From NCBI GenBank assembly GCA_964035545.1, contig OZ037771.1, positions 2,801,628-2,865,627 on the forward strand: DNA of 64,000 bases. The letters are read 5' to 3'. Below the pieces are notes generated by a model. It was not told where the DNA came from, searched no databases, and was given only the letters and a program-made list of their open reading frames with translations. A program made the position numbers and the translations under genes. Position 1 is the stretch's first letter, and every line of letters begins with the position of its first letter. Positions 53,557 to 64,000 of the stretch are shown here, in pieces. Source of the DNA: Bugula neritina (taxonomy: Eukaryota > Animalia > Bryozoa).

Positions 53557-56500
53557 TCAAACAGAGGCTTTTACTGTAGCCTTGGCCTCGAGCATTTTCT
53601 TTAGAAAGGAAGCTCGGTTGTCGGCCAACCCACCCTCACTTGAGTTCAGTGCTGAAGGCTTGGTGATAGTTCGTTGACTTTTGGTTCTACTAACCGTGGC
53701 GCTAGTGGGCCGGCCGGCAATAGAACCCGTTCGTCGGAGCGTAGATCCGCCGCTAGCTTCATCTGTTTTCTTAGCAACTCTCCTAGGAATTGCCTTCTCA
53801 CCAGGAGTTGTTTTCTCATTAGAGCCAGCCTTAGTAGCTGGTCGGCTGTTCAGAGAACTTCTCTTTACCTTAACTTTCTCGTCGTTGAGTGTCGAACCTG
53901 AGGCCACGGAGTCTAATGATCTCACACTTTCCCGTGATCCGGTTCGGGCTGACGGAAGACCCGACTTGGACCTGGTTGAACCTGATAGTCTATCAAACAC
54001 GCCGTTGGCAGCACTTCTTGAGCTCCTCGCTGACTTTTCACTGCCACTGCGACTCATTGGGGTGCCGGAAGGAACGGCTAGTCGAGTCTTCATGCTGTTT
54101 GATCGTGGACTCGTTTTGTCAGCAGCACCGTTAACTGTCTGCTTCTTTTTGATTCCAGTTGGCGCGGCTTTCCTTGCTGTACCCGAGACTTTCTTCTTGG
54201 GCTTTTCTATGATAGTCTCATTGCTGTCCTTCAAGGTTGAATCAGTCATGTCAAGGTTACTGCTGGAAACGGCAGACAAGTCTATAGTATCTATGGTACT
54301 GCACTCAGAAGTTCCGTTACTGATGCTACTGTCACCGTTCATCTCCACCCCTGAGTCTATACACCCCTGGTCGTCACGGCTACAACACATTCAATAACAA
54401 CTTACTAACTTGTTTCAAAGCTAGGAGAAACATTCACTGTCTTTCCATGGCTGTTAATATTCTTTTAAAGATGATAAAGCTAATACAGGATTGGTTTAGA
54501 AGTGGTTTTAATGCATTGGAAGACAGCAGTGTGTGAAGTTAGGAATTATTGAGAAACAACTCCACAAAAGCTGAGAGTTGGTTATATAAATGATGTCCTT
54601 CTAGAGCTTGAGATTCACTGTGCATTAGGGAAATATTCTAATTCAAGATATACGAGTTACATCCCCATGGATGGATTACAACAATCTGAACTTGAAATCT
54701 CAATCATATATTTAGGACATAATAACTTTTACAGTTGGAAGAACACTATGCTGGTTAGACTAAGTAAGTCCCAGCTTTCTAATGATACAAAGTAATGGTT
54801 CGCAGCGCACCACCCCACAGCACTATAATTGAGAATGCAAATCACCTAATTTCTTGAGGAGGTTTGGATCTTCTGTTGGGTGGCTGGTAGAACAGCCCGT
54901 TATCTTCATCGTCTGTGCTGTATAAATTCTTTAACTTGCTAGAAATACGACTTCCAACTTTCATGCTGTCGGAGCGTTTAGGCAGCGGGTTGTCTTCTTC
55001 TTCCTCACGCCTGGTCCGCAGTGAATGCAGCAGACTAGCGGCCACCTCACCTACAACACAAACACACCAATAGTAACAAATAGTTTCAACATAAAATACA
55101 GCAGAAAACATTAAACACATTACCTATAAACAACATAACTAAAAAGTTCAACATTGTTATTACATTCTATGTGCTATATGTTCTATGACATACTGTTGAA
55201 TATTGTACCCTAGTACTATTGCTTATTGAATCCTGTACCCCAGTACTATAACTTTATTCATTCCACTACAGCTATACCTAGAAAGTTGAGTTGCGCTCAT
55301 ATTTTATTGCAAGACACTACCTCCAAAATTGGGGCCCAAATTTTAATCATTATTCATTATATTTATTAAAATTAATATTTATTATTATAATTTTGAATAT
55401 TGATTGTGGTTTTATCTTCTGCCAAACTGACAGGGAAACAATGACAGTTCAGTAGGACAAGGAATTTGATGGCAGATTTTGATTTATTGTCTGTATAAAT
55501 TCTGTGAATTCTTGGCTGAAATGAAGGCCTATATAGCTCCTAGTATTTCTGTCATCTATTAGTTTGAAATATCTGATACATTCAACTGTCAACTGATATT
55601 TCACATTTCACGAAAACAAAACAGCCTTTGCCTATAATTTAGTATTGAAAACATTCAACATTATTACAAATATTAAAATTTATGATCAACTATAATTGCC
55701 AAACACAGTTCACGAAGGTGGCATTTGCACAGCAACTGTTTGCTTCATTGGTTTTGCACCTTAAGAGTGGAGTAACGTCGTAGCGCCACACCTTTGTTAG
55801 AGTGGTAATCTACACCTTCACCAAGAAGTAGGTAGGTGTGCTACACATGTGTATTGATTCATTAAATCACAGTTAATCCGAATTAGTTTATGACTAGCAC
55901 CATTTTGGTATACAGTGACCATCATTTGACTAAATACTTCAGCGAAAGCCAACAACTTGCACGGTACTCTAAGGTAAGAACTTAGACTTGATTCTTGTCA
56001 CTTTGGACATTGGTGTTTGAATAGCATATGCACAAAACTGCCACAATATCACTTTCGGCTGCTGCTTGTTATATGCTATAATTTTCTATTAACAAAAACA
56101 GTAGAAAAAAATTGTTTTCTTAGATAAAATGCTCAATATGGGTGAAAATGTGCATTTCACGTTTGGTTTCCAAAAATAAATGAAAGCTGCGAGAAAATCT
56201 ACAAAAATGCTAGCACTATTTTTATGTAATGCAGCATTTTATGTGAAGTAAACTTATGAATGAGACAGAGGGCTTTAGCAACGATAAACCCATCAAGTAG
56301 ATAAATAGTAATATTATCCAACTTGAACAATAGGAAAGTGGGCAAACCACTTGATCTTAACATAAGAGCATTGTTGTGTGGAGTGGATAGCGATTGGCGC
56401 TGCCATCCTGTGCATGTACTAAGACTAGGACAGTATTCATAGCTGGACTATGTGACATAATAGCAAGACTATTGGTCAGTAGCAGCAGCAGCAGATTTAT

Positions 56501-59500
56501 TTTGTTTAAACTATTTCAACAGCTTATAGGCAAAATTATTCTTAGCTTCGAAATTTTGCTGTTTCAAGATTACAGAGAAAAGACCAGACAGGTGAATCAT
56601 AAAGCTGACTCAACGTGATGGATATGCTAAGAACATACAAAATGGCTGCTATAGTTGTTTTCGTGACAATCACACAACCCTATATTACAAACACTTTGTC
56701 AACAAATTTAAGTATGGCTTTCACAGATATGATTGTAAAGTTAGACTGGATCTACCAAGACTGCCGTAAAGGTAAACTGTCAAATGTGACTTTCACTGCA
56801 AAGTATTCACACGGTGACAACACCTTTTGCATGCACACACACAACCCTCTCATCCCAGTCGAATGGACAGCAAGCGTTGAAGCGTTAATCACCTTTGCTG
56901 ATACGGCAAAAGAGAATTACGGACATTGCATAGAGAACCAAGAGTGCGCTGGTGAGATAGATTTGGGCAACTGGAAACAGTTAGCTAGAGAACAGTACAC
57001 CGCATGCAAGTACTGCAATGACAGCTTGGTAACCAATACCTGTTCAAACTACGCCACACTCACGCAGAGTGATGATGTCATGGACATTGTCGAGTCCATG
57101 TATTTAGTTACAGACTACGTCTGCAATGTACCACAAGACAGTGCAGTTCACGTCTTGCACGCTCGCATTGACAATGACATCAAACAAAACTTTTCAGTCA
57201 TCAAAATTCCTCAAAAATCAGTGAGATGCAAAGTTGGGGAGTTGTCTTACGTCCTAGGAGTCACGGAACAAGCTGGGGATTATAGAATTAAGATTAAAGA
57301 GAGTAACAACTCGGACTTAATTGAGAAAGTGCAGCAAGCATTACGACAAAACCTGGAAACTTTGAAGATTAAATTTTCCACCTGGACAGTTAAAGGAGGA
57401 TATGCGCTAAAGGAAAAAACTCCACACTCAATTATTATTTATTACGAGTGTATTACATCACTTCCTGAAACAGCTGACTACATCACTTGGGCTCCGACCG
57501 ACAGCAGTGCCGACGTTGGAAAAGAAAGAGCAATAAATAAATCAGCGCTAACTGTTATAGCCTCGGCTGTCGTGGTTTGTATTCTTGCGGCCACAATATT
57601 TGCGTTGAGTCTCACGATACGAAACATGAAAAAACACAATGATAACACCACAGTCTAACTGCTCGGGGACAATAATATATTTTTACAAAACATTTTATTT
57701 TATGAAAATATTATTTTCATTTGCAATCAACTCTGATTTGTATTATTTTTGTATTATTTAACTAGTTTAAAATATCGATAAACCTATATTGGTAAATATC
57801 TGATGCAACTATCTAAATGATAGAATACAGTAATAGTTGTATCAAATAACAGAAATAGATTCCAAAAATCACCTGATATAACTAAAATTAGTGCTAATCA
57901 GATATTTTGCATATCTTCCATACTAAATATTTTTGCTATGTCTGCCAATTAGTTTATGACTGTGTGGCATATTCTGTATATCAGAGTATAAACTGGTAGT
58001 GCTACCACGAAACCGCTTTACAAGTCCTGTATCTGGAGTTGCACTGTTTCTGTGAAGAGAGGAAAAATAATGCATAATATATTAGTACGAAAATGTAACA
58101 CTTACTTTCATTGGATGCCTCACTGGAAATACTATTGACTCTGTGCAACACTTTCGATCCCTGTGATGGAGGTTCTAAAGATTTGGTAACTTTTCCATCT
58201 TTAACTTTCTTGACTCTATAAAAAACAAGATAATTAGTTATTACCACCGAGAGACATAAATTACACAGATTATTTTTAATCACGACACAAATTACACAGA
58301 TTATCTCTAGTAGGGTATAAGCACTTACTTTGTGGTAGCAACATCTTTCCCAGTTTTTTTCTTACTGTCTGTCTCATCTTTTTTACCTGCAAAATAAAAC
58401 AGAGTGCGTGCTACCTGAATTGAATGAGAAGTAGAAAATTCAGCATAAACTATAATATAATTGTTGTCTCTGTAAAACCAACAGGAAGTGAGAATATAAG
58501 GTTACATGCCACTTGAAAATAACAAAGTAAATAAATGTGGACATAGGATCAAATACAATACAGTTGTTGAATTAGCTGCACAATACAACATTCATAGACT
58601 GTGTACCAATAGACTGTGTACCACATTCATAGACTGTGTAGTACATAGACTGTGAACTCACTAGAAGTAGTTTCCTGTAATCTCTGGATGACTGAGACGA
58701 CGTCCCCGTGTTTCTTGTTGTTGTAGCGTTTAGCCAGCTGGTCTTTGAAAGAAGCCCTCAGCTTGTCTTTCCTCGAAAATGGAGATTCTTCAGTCACGTT
58801 CTCTTCAGCTGCTTTGTACTTAGTCGGAACTATGACCTTGACATTGTCCTCACCCGCGTCCTCACACTGTCCCGGCAAAGTCACCGCCTACAGTCAACGT
58901 ACCCGGATTAGCATCGTAAACAAATGACAGTAGCTGTTAAATATAGAATCTACCGCCTATCATTTTCATATCATTCAGAAGAATTTCCCGACCCTGCACT
59001 AAACTGACAAGGAAGCAGAGTTATGTATGCATCGGGAATATCATCAGCGGCAATTAAGCGTAAAATATGCAAATTATCAATATTTAAGGAAGTGCTAAAA
59101 GTTACTGTTGGATTGCTCACCTCTATGAGGCTGTGAAGGCTACTAATGCTCGTCGGTTTCGTGTTCGGCCGCTCTAAAGAATTGTTAGCCGATTCCCCAG
59201 AGACATCTGCCTCGTTGTCAGAACTGCGGGCGGCAGGTGATGCGTCCCGACTTTTCTCTCCCGAACCTTTCTCCGCTACTATGTCTTCTGCTCGCACTCT
59301 CCGCCTGTTACGCAGACTTTTCTTTCTCTCGAAAGGCTAAAGTAGACAATTCCAAATGTAATTGTAGATCACACCCCAGCATATAATTTTATAAGAGTAG
59401 CACAGCATCTACTATTAAATGGGGACACATTATTACAACAATGTATGAGGTATGAAAGTACAAACTGTATAACAAGTTATGCAATATGATATGTAGTTAG

Positions 59501-62500
59501 CAATAAATAACACACAGCAGAAATATAATACTAATATAAATATTGGTATAGGTCAACATAATAGACAACAATATTATCATGATTCACTTTAGTAACTGAT
59601 AATTAATATCCATTATTTTGATTTGCTGGTGATATACATCTTGACACCAACACACATGTATGATATGAGAATATATTATATTACAATATCATAGTAACTG
59701 TATTTATTCTTACCTTCGCCTCCTCAACTTCTTCTGACTTGACCAGAAAGTCAAACAGAGCCTCTGATGTGTTGGTTGAAGTTTTGGAGTTTGGATTCTG
59801 CCTGGTTCTTTTATTAGGAATGTCGGGCAACTTCTGCAAAAGTTTTAGGTGTTATCTCCACATGATGAATAAATTTTTTTAAAAAGTTTATTTACAAAGG
59901 CACAGAAAAACATTGAACAAAATTAATTGAGGAATTAAAAATTGGGAACATTGAACATACTTTTTATAACATTAGAAAATACCAAAATGCAATTCTACTG
60001 AAAAATTGAAGATTCACACCTTGTGTGTTATTATTTCAACGAGTGTTTTAAATAGCCTAAGAATTTGTTATTGATTTTGTGTTGTAAGAAAGGAGAGCTG
60101 GTTAGCACTCCCCTTGACAAGGACGGAATTTAGCCTCACGGCTACAACACACATAAGGCTTGGCCTCCTACTTTGAGGCCACCAATTTTTTTCAATCCAC
60201 ATGCAAAGAACAAACCTCAGGAATGTTATTATTGGCCTCCGCAGAGGGTTTGGTGTTCTCTAAAAAGTCAAACTGTTTTGACACAGCCGAGTCACTTGTT
60301 TGTGAAACTGCAGCACTCTGAGATTCTGCTGGGATTGCAGGTTTTGACTCTGGAACAGCAACTACACTGTCTTTCAGATTCACCTGTAGATAGAAAGTAA
60401 TTCCCTTTTACTAGAATTCAATGAGTTTCCAAGAAGTATATAAATATAAAACTGCAATAAACTATTACACTAAAACAACAACATTTCAACATATTATGCT
60501 AATTATGAGATATACATGTACAACACGACGTGTACCTTCTTAACTTTGGTAACTGCAAACGCAGTGTCACCAAAATTCTTTTTCTGAATAAATCCACTCC
60601 TAATATCACCGAGTATGTTGTCTACTATGTGCGACTCGTCATCGGGATCAGAGGAAGTCGAGACTACACTATTTCTATCAGCAGGGGTAGTACCTACAAC
60701 AGAGACAGCGGTAGTATCTAGCATATAATTATTCTACTTGTAAATAATTTTTTTTTAAATATAGCATAATAAAAGTACATAATATAGAATATAAATAAAC
60801 ATAGATAAAACACAAATACAAAAAAACTATAATACTGCAGTGTAATACAAGTTGTTTGACGTAACAACACTTGAAAGTAAACTCTGAAGATCTGTTGACC
60901 AGCTGGACAGAACAGAAAGTGTTGCGAAGTAGAATCGAAGTAAACAACACAACACAGCACTTTAGAGAAATATCTAATCAGATTATAAAAACTGATAAGC
61001 TACTTCCAACAACATCACATATAGTCAGTCATTGCCAAATATCCTTACCAAAGATGGGATAATGCATTCTGTAATCATTTAATCTTATTAGAAAAACAAG
61101 ATACACCTGTGTAGTATGCATGCACCTATATCTAGTGTGTATAGTATAGTATGTGTAGTATGCATACACCTGTGTAGAGTATATATAGTATATACCATGG
61201 TATAATATGTATAGTATGTCTACACCTACATAAGTGTGTATAGTGTGTACAGTATATATAGTGTGTATAGTTTATACCTATGCATAGTATGCATAGTTTG
61301 TATACATAATATATATCAAATTACTGAGTGAATTCTAAATGCTTCTAAGATAGACAACAACAGAATGAACTATTTGGTATTCAAAATAGACCTAAAATCC
61401 TTAAAGTTAGTGACCTAAGGTGTAATAACAAATTCCAACGAGGCCAGGCTATGCCACTACATGCCAACACTGAATTATCCATCCTGAAACTGAAAAATTA
61501 TAAATTGATGATTTGAAGTGAACAGGATGTTGAGGACCATAATACAGACTACCAACTCATGAACTTGTATGACTACCTATTTGATCCACACGTCTTTTAG
61601 CCAAGGTCCCCTGCTGCTGCTGCTCTAACTTCTGCTTTTGTCTTTGCAGCTGCTTCTTCTCTAGAAGCTCTCGTTGCTTGTTCTCAACGATAGCCTTCTT
61701 AAACCTTTCACAGAACGTTCTGGAACCAAAACCACCCATGTTACAACGACCAATGAGAAAACACAAAACAAGTTGACAACCAATCAGCAACAACAAAAAG
61801 CTAAAGTTAAAATTTTCCAAGTGTTTTTCTTACTACATAAAATTTATCAGGATAAAAGCAACAATAATTTTATTGATAGAAGAACTGGTAACCACAAATG
61901 TATCTTGACTTGTGATAGAAGTTCAGATAGAAAAATTGTGACAGCAAATTATTAACTGAATAACAACTTTACATCTCCCTGTTCATAATTAAGTGAATCT
62001 AAGCGTTTGCCATGTAAGATTTGTCCTCCCTCACCTCATGATGCTAAAGCATTCAGCCAGTTTGAATGATTTGGAATCCTCAGCGAAATACTCCGCCAGC
62101 TCCAGACTGATGGCATCGATCTCTTTTATGTCCGTCTGCACCAATGCCACCTCTTTACTGGCGGAGGTAAGAAATGTCGAAAACTGCTGTTGAAGGTCGG
62201 CGGAAGAGCTTTCCAGTTGAGATATCAACTTCTTGACTTTATCAGCCAGTTGTGTGATGTCAGCTGTGAGAGCTTCCACGTTGACTCTAGAACAAGAGAG
62301 AGAACACAACTCTTAGCGTCAACACTATTACAGTGCTCTCCATATCTCATTAAGCTGCGGGTCTCAAAACCTCAATCCGTGACATAATAGAATACTCAAC
62401 TCACGGATCTGCTATATTCAGCCATTTTATCCCTATACATACATACATAAGCCACAAAACAGGGTCCAAACCCTTCTCGTGACCTATAGAATTCTGTGAG

Positions 62501-63873
62501 AACTGAAACCGTGAGATATGGAGATATGCATTTCATAAACAAATTAACAGATTATCATCTTTACTTATTAGCAACAGTTAGATATTACAGCAGACGTGTC
62601 TACATGGTAACTCACTCTCCGGTGTTTTTGAGGTATTTCATGTTGTCTGTGAAGTGAAGCAGTGAAGGTTTATATTTCTCAGCTTGAGCGACAACAACAT
62701 GGAGTAGGTTCATCCGAGGCTTGTTAGACCTCATCTCACTCAGCTTGAGTAGAGAGGTTATCTTGATACCTGCGGCATCTCCCACGTACGCCCCCTATAA
62801 TAGAAAAACATACTGTCTAGCTCAAGTACAAAGGGAGGATAACCCCACTAAAGTATAAGAAAATAATTTTGCCATAAAGGTTAACTTGATGCAAAAAAGT
62901 AATACAGATAAATGAGTAGGTTTGTTAAGTACTTATTAGAATAGGTTACTAGACACAGCAAGGCACCCTATACATAATATTAACTATACGTACAACATCA
63001 TATATATAATATTATATATATATAATATAATATCATTTAACAATATTTTTGTTGAGGCAAAGGGAGAATGGGAAACGAATCGTGTCAAACTAAAATAGAG
63101 AAAATGAGATCGAAATGAAACAAGTAACTCACCGAGTTGAGGAAGTTTCCTGTTACGAGCACCATATAGAGTATTTCCTGTAAGTCTTTAGAGTCGATCA
63201 TATCCTGAGCTGTGACTATGACTGTGTCTAGAGACTCGCTGATGTAGCCAATCGTGTTGGCAAACTCCTCCTTCAGTAACATGATCTCTACTCTCAGTTT
63301 ATAACTGTAATTAACATCAACACAATGATCTCTACTCTCAGTTTGTAACTGTAATTAACATCAACACAATGATCTCTACCCGGAAGCAGGTAAACATATT
63401 GCATATATTAGATATTAAGAAAGTTGAAACTGTCAATGTGAATCCTTACTGTTGGAGGTCTAGAAGTTGGATATAAAACTTTTCAGCATTCGCCAACTTT
63501 TCCCTGTCACCAGTGTAACCTTTCAAGAGTTCAATCTAAAAAACCAACAAATTTATGCACTGGTTCCGTCACGACTTACAAAAATAAGTATGGAGTTATC
63601 GTCTCTTGCTACATTTATACAGTTCGAGGAGATAACTCCCATTAGCACATGTGACTTGATATATGCATATTGCAGATGTTTGGTGCAAAACACCGAGAAA
63701 CATCTCACCTCTTCAGGCTGTGGAAGAATTTTAAGAAGACCTCGTAGTTTTTCAGCACCAAATTCATTACTTTTTCCGTCTCGCAGTAATTGCATAATCT
63801 CATTATGAGTCCACCGGAACTGTCTGAGGAAGATGTTGACCTTCAAACTGGTACGATTGTCCAACAGGTTGAC
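53557..63873 (-). CDS. Inverted formin (INF2/FHDC1/form3 class): FH2 domain, WH2/DAD-like motif, long basic Ser-rich tail; 5' part lies beyond the window
   Basis: Exons (minus): 63709-63873, 63450-63535, 63133-63304, 62616-62794, 62035-62286, 61577-61719, 60536-60717, 60216-60383, 59714-59833, 59121-59336, 58662-58887, 58329-58386, 58106-58215, 54846-55050, 53557-54379 (TGA); phases join. FH2 motifs LLDNRTSLKVNIFLRQF, GAEKLRGLLKILP, LVTGNFLNSGAYVGDAAGIKITSLLKLSEMRSNKPRMNLLH, LAEYFAED; WH2/DAD-like IVDNILGDIRSGFIQKK. Confidence 0.9.
56618..57658 (+). CDS. Intronless orphan single-pass type I membrane glycoprotein, nested antisense in a formin intron
   Basis: 346-codon uninterrupted ORF from ATG 56618, the longest in the window, with non-repetitive composition. 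N-terminal hydrophobic signal (MAAIVVFVTITQP), 10 ectodomain Cys, six N-x-S/T sequons before the TM segment, TM segment ALTVIASAVVVCILAATIFALSLTI, basic stop-transfer RNMKK, C-terminus ...DNTTV. Confidence 0.8.
   Translation: MDMLRTYKMAAIVVFVTITQPYITNTLSTNLSMAFTDMIVKLDWIYQDCRKGKLSNVTFTAKYSHGDNTFCMHTHNPLIPVEWTASVEALITFADTAKENYGHCIENQECAGEIDLGNWKQLAREQYTACKYCNDSLVTNTCSNYATLTQSDDVMDIVESMYLVTDYVCNVPQDSAVHVLHARIDNDIKQNFSVIKIPQKSVRCKVGELSYVLGVTEQAGDYRIKIKESNNSDLIEKVQQALRQNLETLKIKFSTWTVKGGYALKEKTPHSIIIYYECITSLPETADYITWAPTDSSADVGKERAINKSALTVIASAVVVCILAATIFALSLTIRNMKKHNDNTTV
62331..62530. mobile_element. MITE, same family, copy 2 in inverted orientation (formin intron)
   Basis: TA+CAGTGCTCTCCATATCTCA...; internal blocks (gcgggtct..aaacctc, tagaatac, aactcacggat, gccatttt, tacataagccacaaaac, cccttctcgtg) are collinear with the reverse complement of 20046-20257; right TIR degraded. 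Confidence 0.8.
63281..63379. repeat. 44-bp tandem duplication spanning a formin intron/exon acceptor junction (x2.3)
   Basis: atgatctctactctcagttt(a/g)taactgtaattaacatcaacaca starts at 63281 and 63325, with a partial copy at 63369. Confidence 0.9.
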
Positions 63874-64000
63874 CTGAGGTAGATAATATGGTTAGTGAGC
63901 AACCATTGACACACTATACATTAAGTAAATTAAAGGCATAATATCAGTAATAGTAAGTATAGTACATGTACTACCTGCGGGTCATGTGTAAGTGTATATC

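Noticed and set aside
53681-54397. 238-aa + strand ORF
   Set aside because: Antisense shadow of the formin last exon; non-ATG start.
57200-57460. Ig-C1/MHC-like reading of the nested protein (C...YYEC spacing)
   Set aside because: The intervening segment looks helical (DLIEKVQQALRQNLETLK) and lacks the Ig core Trp position; cannot be claimed without structure prediction.
58006-58049. Possible extra formin micro-exon or alternative terminal exon
   Set aside because: With the strong donor at 58105 it reaches a stop after 10 codons, and an in-frame version needs a weak donor. Exon 58106 already joins 55050 in phase; cannot be supported without RNA data.

Overview
Eukaryotic (invertebrate animal, probably lophotrochozoan; inferred) AT-rich genomic DNA with short GT-AG introns. 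Gene order: (+) 3' end of an axonemal dynein heavy chain (DNAH2-type, 9 exons, stop 3499) with an antisense tRNA-Asn(GTT) in one intron; (-) a complete Brat-type TRIM-NHL gene (15709->5643) that keeps an intact RING finger; (-) an E74/ELF ETS transcription factor (about 36.7 kb->19504) with alternative A-type and B-type N-termini from at least two promoters; (+) two tandem GT31 beta-1,3-glycosyltransferase paralogues; (-) the 3' part of an inverted formin (FH2 + WH2/DAD + basic tail). One formin intron hosts an intronless opposite-strand orphan gene for a Cys-rich type I membrane glycoprotein ending in a PDZ-binding motif. Also present are two copies of a Tc1/mariner-type MITE, two tRNA-derived SINE-like heads, LINE RT remnants, and many short tandem repeats, several of which duplicate splice junctions. 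Exon coordinates were read by eye and checked for reading-frame phase. Family assignments are from remembered motifs; no database search was run.
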